Shown: positions 46,212-58,117, counted from the first letter of the stretch. The stretch is DNA of 64,000 nt from an uncultured Gammaproteobacteria bacterium (GCA_964640635.1 CAZXFD010000003.1:1149-65148), one strand, 5' to 3'. Numbers and translations are program-made. The notes: a model not told the origin generated them from the sequence alone.

Positions 46212-47552
46212 CTATTTATTCTCTCTAGCTACGTTGTCCTCTCTTCCAAGCACAATTGCCCCCACAAACACCGTCCACCATACAATACTCAAATCATTCT
46301 TAAAATATGGCGCCTCAACAATTCCTTGAATAATTATTGCGAGCATTGTAAGAAGTATAAAAATTTGATCCCTTGACCCGCTAAAATATTTTGTAATTGT
46401 AAATCTTATTAAGTTTACAGTAAGCCACAGAAATCCTAGCATTCCAAACAATCCAAGAGATACATAAAAATTCATAAATATCGAATGAGGATACAAAAAT
46501 ATTTCTATATAATCATATTTATGATACTTGATTGAATCATTTTGAAATCCGTTTAATCCTGAAGCAAAAAATGATTTCTCTTTTAGCAATTGCTTTGTCT
46601 CATCATACATATTTCGTCTAATCTGACCTGACAAATCTTGAAGTAATAATTTTTCTTTTATTGAATAATTTTTACTGCCTGGCACATCAACGGTTTGTGG
46701 AGACTTAATAACATAAGGAAATAAAAGCGAAACCAAAATTATAGAAAAAGATACAAAATAAAAAAACTTTTTATTATTTATTAACTTAAAACATGCAAAT
46801 ATAAGAAGTCCAGATATCATTGCAATAATAGCGCTTTCTGATTTTGACCAAAACACAGTTATAAATGCTGTCAAAAATACCAAGACATTAAATACTTTCA
46901 AATATAATTTTTTATCCTGTAGTAAATTCAATAAGTTGAGGAAAAATATAGGAACAAGTATGAGTCCATTTGCGTTTGGATAGCCAAAAAAACTTATCAC
47001 ACGATTGTCCTCTATAATTCCTGTTGTGCTAAATGTAAAATTTCCTGTCAACTTTTGATAAAGTGATAAAATAAAAATTAATATACCCAAAACCCCCAAT
47101 GAATATACAATTTTCTTAAATTGCTTTTTATCTTTTATAGCACTTACCACAACAACAAACAAAAACAAGCTTTCTAAAAAGTATGACTTAAAAAGTCCTA
47201 GTGCCTTAGTCGTATCATACGAGACTAAAACTGAAATAAAGGCGCTAATCAATATTAGTATTATTGGCCACTTAAAATTTCCAAAAATATTTTGACCCAT
47301 TATAGTCTCTTTTGGTCTAGAAAATAAACCCTTTAAAGACAAAGCAATATTTCTAAAATTTCTAATAAACCACACAAAAACAATAATCCAAATAAATGCC
47401 GACAATAAATTCATTGGAAACCCTAAAATTCCAAATTGCACTCTATATGTAGGAAGTAATATAAAAATAAAATATAGGGCAAAATTGAAATTTTTCAAGG
47501 CAAAAAATAAATATAGTGAGAGAATTAGAATAATAAGTATACTAAGTGTCAT
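46212..47552 (-). CDS. O-antigen ligase family protein
   Basis: RVISFFGYPNANG, SGQIR, YPHSIFMN, YFKNDL. Confidence 0.85.
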   Translation of the reverse strand: MTLSILIILILSLYLFFALKNFNFALYFIFILLPTYRVQFGILGFPMNLLSAFIWIIVFVWFIRNFRNIALSLKGLFSRPKETIMGQNIFGNFKWPIILILISAFISVLVSYDTTKALGLFKSYFLESLFLFVVVVSAIKDKKQFKKIVYSLGVLGILIFILSLYQKLTGNFTFSTTGIIEDNRVISFFGYPNANGLILVPIFFLNLLNLLQDKKLYLKVFNVLVFLTAFITVFWSKSESAIIAMISGLLIFACFKLINNKKFFYFVSFSIILVSLLFPYVIKSPQTVDVPGSKNYSIKEKLLLQDLSGQIRRNMYDETKQLLKEKSFFASGLNGFQNDSIKYHKYDYIEIFLYPHSIFMNFYVSLGLFGMLGFLWLTVNLIRFTITKYFSGSRDQIFILLTMLAIIIQGIVEAPYFKNDLSIVWWTVFVGAIVLGREDNVARENK

Positions 47553-48966
47553 AGCTTGAACTAATTAATTGTTTAAAAATACTTTTATCAAAAAAGTTTA
47601 ATGCGACAAGTAATAAGCAATAAATAACACCTCCCAAAACAAGCTCTATAAAAAGATTAAACTGAAATTCTTTCAATATCATATAAACAAGAAATGAAAT
47701 TACTGCTATTTTTATAGCAAATGAAAAATTTATTTTCCATTTTACATATTTATAAAGAAGCATATAAGACAAAATCATCATAAAAAGCTCTACAAATAAC
47801 GTCGTATAAGCAGCTCCCATATATGAATATTTTGGAATGAAGATAAAATATGCTATCAAAGAAACCACCGCTGCCATAAAAAAATATTTTATAATCTCTC
47901 TCTGTTTTTCTATTGCTATAATTGCATAATTAAATAATGATCCAAAAAATATTATAGCCGTTGGCCAAATAAGAACCTGTAAGATACCTATTGAATTATA
48001 ATACTTATCCCCTGCTACAAAATTTATAATTCCGCTTGCCTCCGCGCTAAATATGGCTACCATTATAAAGGTTATAAAACAAAAAACATTAAAAAATTTC
48101 TGCATTGTAAAATTGAAGTCCTTTATTTTTGCAGATGCCCAATAAACAGATATTATAGGTAATACTAATCCCAAAATCATATGTGGCAAAGTTGTAATTA
48201 CTTCTAATATTTTATATGGTGCTCCATAATATCCGACATCAGTAGGTGTTTTGAAAATAGACAAAATAATTGTATCTGCTTTAAAATATATTAAATTTAA
48301 AATAGTAGTAACAGCGATTGGCCAAGAAATATGCAATACTTTTTTCCAATAAACCAAATCAATTGTCCAAGAATATGATATATATTTTCTTGAGTATAAA
48401 TACAATATAAACAAAAATATGCTAGAGTTAATATTATTAACACATAAAATAGCAATAATATTAAATTTCATCAAAATAAACAATACTATCAAACTTAAGA
48501 AAAATACTTTCGCAATTACCTCAGCATACACAACTTTATCCATTTTCATTTCCTTTTGAAATATGGCTGAATAAATTTGTATTATACTATTCAAAAAAAA
48601 TGTAAGCGATGTCACAAGAATTCCAATTTTTACATCAGTTGAATATGGAAAAAAGAAAACAAGTATTGGGATAGCGACAAAAAACAAAACACCAGAAACA
48701 ATACGAAGTGTCAGGATATTATTAAAAATATAATTTCTATTCGCATCAATTTTTGAAATTTCTGAAAGAAGCACTAAATATAATCCAAAATCAAAAATAA
48801 TCCCCACAATCTGCAAAAATGATAAAACAGTTGTATACTTTCCAAATCCATCGGGACTTAAATAACGAGCAAGAAAAGCAATGGCCAACACACCTATAAG
48901 GATGTTGGCCGCTTTTCCTATCACCTGAAAAATTGTATTGTAAGCTATTTTTCTTATTGGAAGCAT
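47542..48966 (-). CDS. Wzx-type flippase
   Basis: ARYL.PDGFG.Y, DFGL, IYFKADT..LS, VGYY. Confidence 0.88.
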   Translation of the reverse strand: MLPIRKIAYNTIFQVIGKAANILIGVLAIAFLARYLSPDGFGKYTTVLSFLQIVGIIFDFGLYLVLLSEISKIDANRNYIFNNILTLRIVSGVLFFVAIPILVFFFPYSTDVKIGILVTSLTFFLNSIIQIYSAIFQKEMKMDKVVYAEVIAKVFFLSLIVLFILMKFNIIAILCVNNINSSIFLFILYLYSRKYISYSWTIDLVYWKKVLHISWPIAVTTILNLIYFKADTIILSIFKTPTDVGYYGAPYKILEVITTLPHMILGLVLPIISVYWASAKIKDFNFTMQKFFNVFCFITFIMVAIFSAEASGIINFVAGDKYYNSIGILQVLIWPTAIIFFGSLFNYAIIAIEKQREIIKYFFMAAVVSLIAYFIFIPKYSYMGAAYTTLFVELFMMILSYMLLYKYVKWKINFSFAIKIAVISFLVYMILKEFQFNLFIELVLGGVIYCLLLVALNFFDKSIFKQLISSSYDT

Positions 48967-48967
48967 T

Positions 48968-50014
48968 TTATTGATCGTTCAAAGCTCTTTTTTCTTGTAC
49001 TTTTTTTAATACTTCTACTCTTATTTCATCTCTTAATTTTGGATTCTCTTTTAAAAATATTCTTGTAGCTTCTCTTCCTACTCCGAGTTTCTCTTTTCCA
49101 AAAGAATACGAATTACCACTCTTCTCTATCACATCATAAGCAAGTGCGGTATCTATTACATCACCCTCTTTTGAAATTCCTTCATTATACAAGATATCAA
49201 ACTGACATGCAGTAAATGGTGCAGCAACCTTGTTCTTTACTATTTTACAATTAACGCGATTTCCTATTATTTCTTCCTTCTTCTTAATAACTGCCGCTTT
49301 TCTTACTTCTATTCTAAGTGATGAATAAAATTTTAGAGCTTTTCCACCGGGGGTTGTTTCTGGATTTCCAAAGTAAACCCCAATTTTCATTCTTATTTGA
49401 TTTATAAAAATCACAACTGTTTTGCTCTTTGAAATAACAGAAGTTAACTTTCTAAGCGCTTTACTCATTAGCCTTGCTTGAAGTCCAATTTGCTGATCTC
49501 CCATTTCTCCATCTATTTCTGCTTGAGGAACTAGGGCTGCAACTGAGTCTACGACAACAACATCAATTGCATTTGAACGAACCAATGTTTCAACTATTTC
49601 AAGCGCTTGTTCTGCAGCATCTGGTTGAGATAAAATCATATCATCTACATTTACACCAATTTTTTTTGCATAAGCTGGATCAAGAGCATGTTCTGCATCA
49701 ACAAATGCAACTATTCCACCTGCTTTTTGAGCCTCTGCAATAATATGCTGTGCTAATGTTGTTTTTCCAGACGACTCAGGTCCATATAATTCTACAACTC
49801 TTCCGCGGGGGACACCATTTACACCAAGTGCAATATCAAGACTTAAACATCCAGTACTAATAGAATCAACATTAACATTTCTAACATCTGACATTTTCAT
49901 AATAGCTCCTTGTCCAAATTTTTCTCTAATTTGATCAATAGCTTGCTCTGCTGCCTTAAATTTACTTTTTGATTCACTGCTCATTGCCTCCACGGCCTTT
50001 GTTTGTTTTTTCAT
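48968..50014 (-). CDS. recA: Recombinase A
   Basis: [40 protein letters not shown]. Confidence 0.98.
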   Translation of the reverse strand: MKKQTKAVEAMSSESKSKFKAAEQAIDQIREKFGQGAIMKMSDVRNVNVDSISTGCLSLDIALGVNGVPRGRVVELYGPESSGKTTLAQHIIAEAQKAGGIVAFVDAEHALDPAYAKKIGVNVDDMILSQPDAAEQALEIVETLVRSNAIDVVVVDSVAALVPQAEIDGEMGDQQIGLQARLMSKALRKLTSVISKSKTVVIFINQIRMKIGVYFGNPETTPGGKALKFYSSLRIEVRKAAVIKKKEEIIGNRVNCKIVKNKVAAPFTACQFDILYNEGISKEGDVIDTALAYDVIEKSGNSYSFGKEKLGVGREATRIFLKENPKLRDEIRVEVLKKVQEKRALNDQ

Positions 50015-50084
50015 GTTATTAGTGGGTTAGATAGTTAGTTGCATAGCTACATAGCTACGTGGCTAACTTGCCAACCATTAGTAA

Positions 50085-50750
50085 TTAATTCTTCTCTTTG
50101 AAAACAACAACATTTTCTATATGTTGACGGCCATGTTTTCTTTGGCTAATAATTTCAAAATTATTTAGCCCGTACTTCAACTTCACTTCTATGCTGAATA
50201 CCCCATCCTTTTCAAGAGATATGCCCTCTCCATTTATATATAGTAGGGCTTCTTCATCTGTCTTTCCATTTATTATAATCAAATTATCCTTTGTAATATA
50301 ATCTTTATTTGGGGATAATATTTCAAGCTTTGGAGGTTTCAAATAGTTGCTTGTTTCATAATAAATATATCCTAAAAAAAATATTAATACAACTATAAAA
50401 AATATCTTTCTAAACGTGTGCGGAGTTACATTATTTACATACTCTTTTATCTTGTTTTGTTTGATATCTGTCTTTTTTAATAAGTCTAATTCTTTGTGTT
50501 TTTTGTAATAATTAAAACTAAGACCAAAATGAACACCCAAAAATTCGCAATAAATTTTTAAAAAATTTTTTATATATATTTCCCCTGGTAATAATTGCCA
50601 ATTCTCATTTTCTATAGCATTTAAATATTCTACTGGAATTTTTAGTTTTACTGAAGCTTCTTTTATTGAATATCCCTTTGCTTCTCTTTTTAATTTCAAT
50701 TTATCTCCCAGTAAATCTTTCTTTAAATTTTTTTGCTTAAATTTCAACAT
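50085..50750 (-). CDS. RodZ-like HTH-TM-Ig protein
   Basis: HTH_25-like YLNAIE...LPG..Y.KNFLK.Y, TM helix, C-terminal Ig-like segment; lies between ftsK and recA. Confidence 0.8.
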   Translation of the reverse strand: MLKFKQKNLKKDLLGDKLKLKREAKGYSIKEASVKLKIPVEYLNAIENENWQLLPGEIYIKNFLKIYCEFLGVHFGLSFNYYKKHKELDLLKKTDIKQNKIKEYVNNVTPHTFRKIFFIVVLIFFLGYIYYETSNYLKPPKLEILSPNKDYITKDNLIIINGKTDEEALLYINGEGISLEKDGVFSIEVKLKYGLNNFEIISQRKHGRQHIENVVVFKEKN

Positions 50751-50774
50751 ACTCGAGATATTAACTATTTATTC

Positions 50775-53186
50775 TTATTTTTCTTCTTCCTCAAATTCTA
50801 TTTCATCATCATCTTCTTCTCCTACAAAACTATCGCCTACGTCAATATCATTTACTTTTTTAAGTGCATCACTTACAAGCTCGTTAGCTAATATCGTATT
50901 TGCCTCTACTGGAAAATCTTCATCATCTAGTCCAATGGCATTTTCCTCTTCCTCAGCTTGTGCCTCAGCGTGCTCCATAAAAGTGCCTTGTGAACCAAGC
51001 TTTGCTATTTCCTGATCTTCTATGTCTTCTTGTGTTATGAGCACATCACGAGGCTTAGGACCATTTGCAGGACCAACATATCCAAGTGACTCAAGCTGAT
51101 CTAGTATTTTAGCTGCCCTTGCATATCCAACGCTTAATTTTCTCTGAAATAGCGTTGCTGACGCCTTATCATAATTTACGACAATTTGTTTTGCTTGATC
51201 AACTAGTGGATCCCAGTTTTCTATCTTGCCATTTAGTCCTGCTACAGCGCCTTCATGTGGATCTGTAATCTCAGGTAAATATTCTGGACTTGCTTGTTTT
51301 TTCAAGAAATCAATTACAGCATCTTTTTCTTCCTCTGATATAAATGCTCCCTGAAGTCTTCGTGGCTTTGAAAGCTCTGCTGATATAAAGAGCATGTCTC
51401 CTTTACCAAGTAATTTTTCAGCACCTCCAGTATCGAGAACTGTTCTTGAGTCTATCTGAGACGCAACTGAAAATGCAATACGGGAAGTAATATTTGCTTT
51501 AATAAGACCAGTTATAACATTTACTGATGGGCGTTGTGTTGCAAGAACCAAATGAATTCCTACTGCTCTTGCCATTTGAGCAAGTCTTATAATAGATGTT
51601 TCTGCTTCAACTGGATTAACAAGCATTACTTCAGCAAGTTCATCAATAACTATGACAATACTTGGCATTCTATCTTCTACCTTTGAAACAGATTGATTGT
51701 AACTAGATATATCTTTTCTTCCAGCACGTTCTAAAAGCTCATACCTTCGCTCCATTTCAGCTACAGACCACTTAAGAGCATTTACTGTTTTGTCTGCCTT
51801 GGTAATAACTGGAGTAAGTAAATGTGGAATGCCATTGTATGGGGAAAGTTCTACTCTTTTTGGATCAACAAAAATAAATTTGAGTTCATTTGGATTAAGT
51901 CTATATAATAAACTAAGTATCAAACAGTTTACCATCACAGACTTACCACTTCCAGTAGCTCCTGCAATAAGCAAATGTGGCATCTTATCAAGATTGACTG
52001 CAATATTTTTTCCAGTAACATCTTTTCCAAGGGCGAATACTAAATGTCCATCTGATTGCTTGAAAACATTATCTGAGAGAATTTCACGAAGTCTCACGAT
52101 AGAAACAATTCTATTTGGAACCTCGATACCTACAAGTGACTTACCAGGAATTGGAGCCTCTATTCTAAGGGGGTGAGCTGCAAGTGATAGTGCAAGATTG
52201 TCCTGTAGTGCACCAATTTTTGCAAGCCTCACGCTTTCATCTGGTTTCAGTGTAAACTGAGTTACAGTAGGACCCACATTTACGTCACTCATTTCAACAT
52301 TTATACCAAAATTTGCCAAAGTTTTTCTAATCTTTTCTTTTCCAGCTTCTATATCACAACTTGCTGGGGTTGATTTTTTATCACTCAATAATTCCATTGG
52401 AATTTTGATATCTCTATAAACTTTTCTTTTTTTCTCTTGTTCTTGTGGAACTGCAGAAAACTTTTCTGATATATTGCTGTCCTTGTCACCTATATTTTTA
52501 CCTTGTTTTTTATCAAATAAAGATTCTTGAACCAAGCTATCAGCACTATCTGGATCATCATCAATTATCTCTTCATACTCTTCTTCATATTGAGCTCTTT
52601 CTCTTCTTATCTTCATTTTCTTTCTTAGAGTATTTATAAAATTGAGCTCGCTTATTGATAAGTCAAACATTATCAAAATTGATACTACAAATAATCCAAA
52701 AAGTATTATAAGAGACCCCCACATTCCTGAAAGCTCGTAAAGTGGCCAATAAAAAATCATACCAATATATCCACCACCTCGACCTGATAACAACTCTTCT
52801 TTTACACTATTTGAATCAATAAAAAGATTCAAAATTCCAGATGAGCTAAGCACAAAAAGCAAAAGTCCAAGATAGTGTCTTAGACCAATATTATATTTAC
52901 TTGGAAACAAATACATATATCCCAAAATTATAAAAACTATTGGCGTGATAAAATGAAGCCAACCAAATATGACACTTGTTCCTATTGTAAGATACTTTCC
53001 TAAAGCCCCAACAAGATCAAATAATCCTAGAAAACTTATGAAACCAAATATCAAAAGAAATACAACGAATATTCCTTTCTTTGTTTCTGGGGATAGACGA
53101 GAGATCATGTTGCCAACTTTTGGTTCATCAAATCTCTGTTTTTTTATATAAGTTCTTTTTGCTAATGTTCTTCTTTTTTTTCGCAT
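50775..53186 (-). CDS. ftsK: DNA translocase FtsK/SpoIIIE
   Basis: N-terminal TM domain, PHLLIAGATGSGKS, IDELA, ATQRPS, gamma domain QRKLSVGYARAA. Confidence 0.96.
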   Translation of the reverse strand: MRKKRRTLAKRTYIKKQRFDEPKVGNMISRLSPETKKGIFVVFLLIFGFISFLGLFDLVGALGKYLTIGTSVIFGWLHFITPIVFIILGYMYLFPSKYNIGLRHYLGLLLFVLSSSGILNLFIDSNSVKEELLSGRGGGYIGMIFYWPLYELSGMWGSLIILFGLFVVSILIMFDLSISELNFINTLRKKMKIRRERAQYEEEYEEIIDDDPDSADSLVQESLFDKKQGKNIGDKDSNISEKFSAVPQEQEKKRKVYRDIKIPMELLSDKKSTPASCDIEAGKEKIRKTLANFGINVEMSDVNVGPTVTQFTLKPDESVRLAKIGALQDNLALSLAAHPLRIEAPIPGKSLVGIEVPNRIVSIVRLREILSDNVFKQSDGHLVFALGKDVTGKNIAVNLDKMPHLLIAGATGSGKSVMVNCLILSLLYRLNPNELKFIFVDPKRVELSPYNGIPHLLTPVITKADKTVNALKWSVAEMERRYELLERAGRKDISSYNQSVSKVEDRMPSIVIVIDELAEVMLVNPVEAETSIIRLAQMARAVGIHLVLATQRPSVNVITGLIKANITSRIAFSVASQIDSRTVLDTGGAEKLLGKGDMLFISAELSKPRRLQGAFISEEEKDAVIDFLKKQASPEYLPEITDPHEGAVAGLNGKIENWDPLVDQAKQIVVNYDKASATLFQRKLSVGYARAAKILDQLESLGYVGPANGPKPRDVLITQEDIEDQEIAKLGSQGTFMEHAEAQAEEEENAIGLDDEDFPVEANTILANELVSDALKKVNDIDVGDSFVGEEDDDEIEFEEEEK

Positions 53187-53344
53187 ATTAAAAAAGCTAA
53201 ATCTTGTTTAATTTATGTAGATATTATAGCATTTTTTAAAATATTTGAATAATCTTTAAAAATAAAAAAATCCCGCCTGCAAACACACATTGAAGTGCAA
53301 CTGCAAACGGGAAATTATACTATTATTTTATTTTTTGTCTTAAA

Positions 53345-53914
53345 CTAAGTCCCTATTTCACCGCCTTTAAAAGTACGACTTACAGAAATAAGGAACTTAA
53401 TGATCCCAAATACAACCGCCCAAATAACCATGACTATTAAAATACTGATCCAAATATTGGGCATTTCAGAAACATACTTAAATACAAGCTCTCCCTTATC
53501 TGAAAAATAGGCAACGTTTTGAAAATCATGTATCTCGTAAAAAAAATACATGATTGTCCCTGGAATGCTTGGGTACGATTTCCATATATGTATGCCAAAA
53601 TTGTATTCCGAGTAATCCTTGACTCCACTATCCCGTATCATCATACTACCATATGAAAGGCTTGCATCTTTCCCCCAGCCAAGAGCTTCTTCCAAAGGAA
53701 CGTTTGCCTTTATGATTGGGGTGTTTCTAGGCTCGATATTAGAGGCATCATAAATTACACCTTCAAACTGCGAAATGTCCAAAACCTTAGTTTCTCCGGG
53801 TCTAGGAAGTCCTCTTTGAGATAATGGACTCATTCCCCAAGATATTAACATAGATAATGCCAATGCGATACCTGCTATTAAAAGCGTCTTTTTTGTATTC
53901 TTCGAGATTTTCAT
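53345..53914 (-). CDS. Hypothetical membrane protein, stand-alone unit
   Basis: TM at both ends; TTGACA-N17-TAATAT, AGGAGG SD, hairpin 53271-53312. Confidence 0.7.
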   Translation of the reverse strand: MKISKNTKKTLLIAGIALALSMLISWGMSPLSQRGLPRPGETKVLDISQFEGVIYDASNIEPRNTPIIKANVPLEEALGWGKDASLSYGSMMIRDSGVKDYSEYNFGIHIWKSYPSIPGTIMYFFYEIHDFQNVAYFSDKGELVFKYVSEMPNIWISILIVMVIWAVVFGIIKFLISVSRTFKGGEIGT

Positions 53915-53997
53915 TTCATCCTCCTAAGGATTTAGATTTTTGTTATTATTTAACAAATTATATTATCATATAGCCCATATTTTGTCAATGGTAAATG

Positions 53998-54068
53998 GGG
54001 GCCAGGACCCGAGCGGGTCCTGGCCCAAACAAAAAAACTCGGTGCATTGTCTGCGACCGAGTCTTTTT
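53998..54068 (-). terminator. Tandem hairpins downstream of rpoC
   Basis: gggccaggaccc-gagc-gggtcctggccc (perfect 12 bp) and actcggt...accgagt with a T tract. Confidence 0.75.
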
Positions 54069-54099
54069 AGTATAGCTATTTTCAAAACGTCTAAATAAT

Positions 54100-57000
54100 T
54101 TAGCTAATATCTTTTGCCTTAAAACCAGTTCCAGCTGGGATAAGACGTCCAACAATTACATTTTCCTTTAGACCCTTAAGTACATCTATTTGACCTTTTA
54201 TAGAAGCATTTATAAGAACTCTTGCTGTCTCTTGGAAAGATGCAGCTGATAAGAATGAATCTGTTGTAAGAGATGCCTTTGTAATTCCAAGTATAAGTGT
54301 CTTACCGTTTGCCTCTTTCTTTCCTTGTTTCTTTGCTATAGTATTTATTCTTGTATATTGAGACTTTGTAACTATCTCTCCTGGAATAAGCTCCGTATCT
54401 CCTTGATCAGCAATATATACTCTTGAGAACATCTGACGACATACAATTTCAATATGTTTATCATTCAATTTCTGACCTTGAGAAGAGTAAATATGTTGAA
54501 TTTCTCTTATGATATAATTTTGAACAACATCTTCGCCACGAAGTGCAAATAATTTTTTCAAATTAATACTTCCTTCAGTAAGCTGTGTTCCTTCTCCTAC
54601 AAGCTCTCCATCTTTTACCCAAATACTTATATCAGCAGGCACAATGTATTCTGCCTCTATTGGTCTTACAGAAATAATCTCCAGTTTGCCCTTCTTTAGA
54701 TTTATAACTCCTGGGTTAAGTGACTGAGTCTTCTTTCCATTTATATCAAAGATAGCTTGCTTTTTCTTGATCTCGTCTTTATCTTTTACTAATATGTTCA
54801 TTTCATCTGTAACATCATATCTTTCCAAAACATTTTCCTCTGATATAACTCTAATTCTCTTTGATTTTTTATTACCAGCACCTTCATCATAGTCAGATAT
54901 TACAATTTTTCCAGCAAGGTCACTTATAAAAGCTTGCATCTTTGGAGTTCTTACTTCCAAAATTTCTTCAACTCTTGGTAAACCTTGAGTAATATCTCCA
55001 CCAGCAATACCTCCAGTGTGGAAGGTTCTCATAGTAAGCTGAGTACCAGGCTCACCAATTGACTGTGCCGCTATAATTCCAGTTGCTGTTCCAATCTTTA
55101 CAAGCTTATTATATCCCAAATCGTATCCATAACATTTCTGACAAATTCCATCTTCAGCTTTACATGTAAGGATAGACCTAATATGAATACTATCTACTCC
55201 AGACTCATCTATTAGCTGTGCTGCCTTTTTATCTATTATAGAGTCTTTCTTTACTATTACTTCGCTAGTTTTTGGATTTAGTACTTCGGTCAATGTAAAT
55301 CTTCCCAAAACTCTATTACCCAAAGTCTTGCTCATTTCTTCTGAGTCTTTCTTTGTAATAATTTTTCCTTCTTTATCATGACAATCATCAGAGAGAACCA
55401 TGACATCTTGAGAAACATCTACTAGTCTTCTTGTTAGGTATCCTGCACTAGCAGTACGAAGGGCAGTATCAGATAGTCCTTTTCTAGTACCATGAGTTGA
55501 GATAAAGTATTCCAATACATCTAGTCCTTCGTTAAAGTTAGCCTTAATAGGAAGTTCTATAATTTCTCCAGCTGGGTTAATCACGAGACCTTTCATACCC
55601 ATGATCTGAGTCATCTGACTCCATGCTCCTCTTGCTCCTGAATTAATCATAGAATAAACTGGATTGTCTTTATCAAATACTTTTTTACTCTTATCTGTAA
55701 TTTCATTTTTTACTCTTGTCCAAATCTCAATTGCTTTTACATATCTTTCTTTATTGGTCAAAAATCCATTATCATACAAATCATGAATTTTCAAAATTTC
55801 TTCATTTGCTTTTTTGATAAGAGCTGGTTTTTCATCAATTTTTGGAAGATCCATCATGCTCCAAGAAAGACCAGATTTTGTAATAAACTTGAATGTAAGT
55901 TTCTTGAGTCTATCCAAAAATTCTATAGCAACTTCATTTCCATAAAGATCCAATATCTTTGCTACGAATTCTTTCAAATTGCCTGATCTAATTTCTTCAT
56001 TTAAGAATCTCAAATCTTCTGGAACAATCTTATTGAAAATAATACGTCCTACAGAAGTTTTTATTATTTCACCCTTTCTTCTTACCTTAATAAGTTCTTG
56101 CAATTTGATTTTCTCTAAATCATAAGCAGTAAGAGCTGATTCTCTATTTGAAAAGATCTTTATTTTTTCTTCTGCTATATCGTCGTATGGAATAGTTGTT
56201 AAGTAATTTGCTCCCCATACCATATCTTGTGCTGGAGTAACTATAGGATCCCCTGTTGCAGGCTTTAATAAGTTCTTTGATGAAAGCATTATTTCTTCTG
56301 CTTCTTTTCTAGCATTTTTTGACAAAGGAACATGTACCGCCATCTGATCTCCATCAAAGTCAGCATTAAAAGCAGTACATACCATAGGATGAATTCTGAT
56401 AGCTTTTCCTTCAATAAGTTTTGGTCTAAATGCTTGAATACCTAATCTATGTAAGGTTGGGGCGCGATTTAATAAGACATATGACTTGTCAGTAATTTCT
56501 TCAAGCATATCCCATACATCGTCATTTCCCATTTCAATATATCTTTTTGCACTTCTTACATTATGGGCTATTTCTCTTTCAATAAGTTTTGCAATTACGA
56601 AAGGCTTAAAAAGTTCAAGCGCCATTGTCTTTGGAATACCACATTCATCAAGTTTCAAGTGTGGTCCTACAACAATTACAGAACGACCTGAGTAATCCAC
56701 ACGTTTTCCAAGCAAGTTTCTTCTAAATCTTCCTTGTTTTCCTTTCAACATATCTGCTAGACTCTTCAACATTCTCTTTTGACCAGTTGAAGCTGTAACT
56801 GTTTTTCCATGTCTTGCATTATTATCTATTAAAGCATCTACTGCCTCTTGTAACATTCTTTTTTCATTTCTAAGAATTACTTCCGGTGCATTTAAATCTT
56901 TAAGTCTTTTTAATCTATTATTTCTATTAATAACTCTTCTATATAAATCATTTAAGTCGGATGTTGCAAATCTTCCACCATCAAGCTGAACCATAGGACG

Positions 57001-58002
57001 TAAATCTGGTGGAATAACAGGAAGAGATGTAAGTATCATCCATTCTGGACGAATTTCATTTTTTATAAAATTCTGAATCAATCTTGCACGTCTAATAAGT
57101 TTCTTTTGTTTTGATGCGGGAGAATCTTGGATTTTTTCGTTTACATCTTCGAGTAAAAGATTTAAGTCAATTTTCTTAAGTAATTTTCTGATTGCTTCTG
57201 CTCCAATGTCTGCATTAAATATATGACCATACTTAAGAGATAATTCTTTATATACACTCTCTGAAATTATCTTAAGTGGCTTTATTGCTTTTAGCTCTTT
57301 CTTTGCCATCTCAGCAGCTTCTTCTAATTCACTTGAATCTTTTGCTTTTATCTCTAGTGCAGAATTTTTTTCTACTTCCAACTTTGCAATTTCCCCTAAA
57401 TTTTTGCTTTCCAATTTGATAGCTTCTATTTTTTTATCAATTTCAAGTATTGTATCTTCTGCTCTTTTCAAAATTGCTTTTGTTTTTTGTTTGAATTCTT
57501 GATTAATTTGAAGGAGTACTTCTTTTTTCAAATCTTCATTTACATCAGTTACTATAAAGTTTGCAAAATAAACAACTTTTTCAAGCCTTTGAATTGATAA
57601 ATCAAGTATGATACCCACCTTTGAAGGAACACCTCTTAAAAACCAGATGTGAGAAACTGGAGTAGAGAGCTCAATATGGCCAAATCTTTCTCTTCTTACA
57701 ATTTTCTTTGTAACTTCAACTCCACACTTGTCACAAACTATTCCCTTGTATCTTATTCTTTTGTATTTTCCGCAATAACATTCCCAGTCCTTTGTAGGAC
57801 CAAAAATTCTCTCGCAAAAAAGACCATCCTTTTCTGGTTTTTGAGTTCTATAATTTATAGTTTCTGGTTTTAAAACCTCACCATGTGACCAGGATTTAAC
57901 ATTTTCTGGAGAAGCCAAGACTACTCTTATAGAATTAAAATAAGGTAATCTATTTATGTCGGCAAAAGCTGGATTTAGCTTTGGGTTAGAAGAATTTGAC
58001 AT
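54100..58002 (-). CDS. rpoC: RNA polymerase beta' subunit
   Basis: NADFDGDQM, GKRVDYSGRS, GEPGTQLTMRTFH. Confidence 0.99.
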   Translation of the reverse strand: MSNSSNPKLNPAFADINRLPYFNSIRVVLASPENVKSWSHGEVLKPETINYRTQKPEKDGLFCERIFGPTKDWECYCGKYKRIRYKGIVCDKCGVEVTKKIVRRERFGHIELSTPVSHIWFLRGVPSKVGIILDLSIQRLEKVVYFANFIVTDVNEDLKKEVLLQINQEFKQKTKAILKRAEDTILEIDKKIEAIKLESKNLGEIAKLEVEKNSALEIKAKDSSELEEAAEMAKKELKAIKPLKIISESVYKELSLKYGHIFNADIGAEAIRKLLKKIDLNLLLEDVNEKIQDSPASKQKKLIRRARLIQNFIKNEIRPEWMILTSLPVIPPDLRPMVQLDGGRFATSDLNDLYRRVINRNNRLKRLKDLNAPEVILRNEKRMLQEAVDALIDNNARHGKTVTASTGQKRMLKSLADMLKGKQGRFRRNLLGKRVDYSGRSVIVVGPHLKLDECGIPKTMALELFKPFVIAKLIEREIAHNVRSAKRYIEMGNDDVWDMLEEITDKSYVLLNRAPTLHRLGIQAFRPKLIEGKAIRIHPMVCTAFNADFDGDQMAVHVPLSKNARKEAEEIMLSSKNLLKPATGDPIVTPAQDMVWGANYLTTIPYDDIAEEKIKIFSNRESALTAYDLEKIKLQELIKVRRKGEIIKTSVGRIIFNKIVPEDLRFLNEEIRSGNLKEFVAKILDLYGNEVAIEFLDRLKKLTFKFITKSGLSWSMMDLPKIDEKPALIKKANEEILKIHDLYDNGFLTNKERYVKAIEIWTRVKNEITDKSKKVFDKDNPVYSMINSGARGAWSQMTQIMGMKGLVINPAGEIIELPIKANFNEGLDVLEYFISTHGTRKGLSDTALRTASAGYLTRRLVDVSQDVMVLSDDCHDKEGKIITKKDSEEMSKTLGNRVLGRFTLTEVLNPKTSEVIVKKDSIIDKKAAQLIDESGVDSIHIRSILTCKAEDGICQKCYGYDLGYNKLVKIGTATGIIAAQSIGEPGTQLTMRTFHTGGIAGGDITQGLPRVEEILEVRTPKMQAFISDLAGKIVISDYDEGAGNKKSKRIRVISEENVLERYDVTDEMNILVKDKDEIKKKQAIFDINGKKTQSLNPGVINLKKGKLEIISVRPIEAEYIVPADISIWVKDGELVGEGTQLTEGSINLKKLFALRGEDVVQNYIIREIQHIYSSQGQKLNDKHIEIVCRQMFSRVYIADQGDTELIPGEIVTKSQYTRINTIAKKQGKKEANGKTLILGITKASLTTDSFLSAASFQETARVLINASIKGQIDVLKGLKENVIVGRLIPAGTGFKAKDIS

Positions 58003-58117
58003 ATTGTTTTAATAATTTATTTAATGATTATTTTTAATATTTTAAACCTAATTTAATTAACTAGTTTCGTAGTTACTTAGATAAACTCTAAGTAACTACG
58101 TGACTAAGTAACTAATT

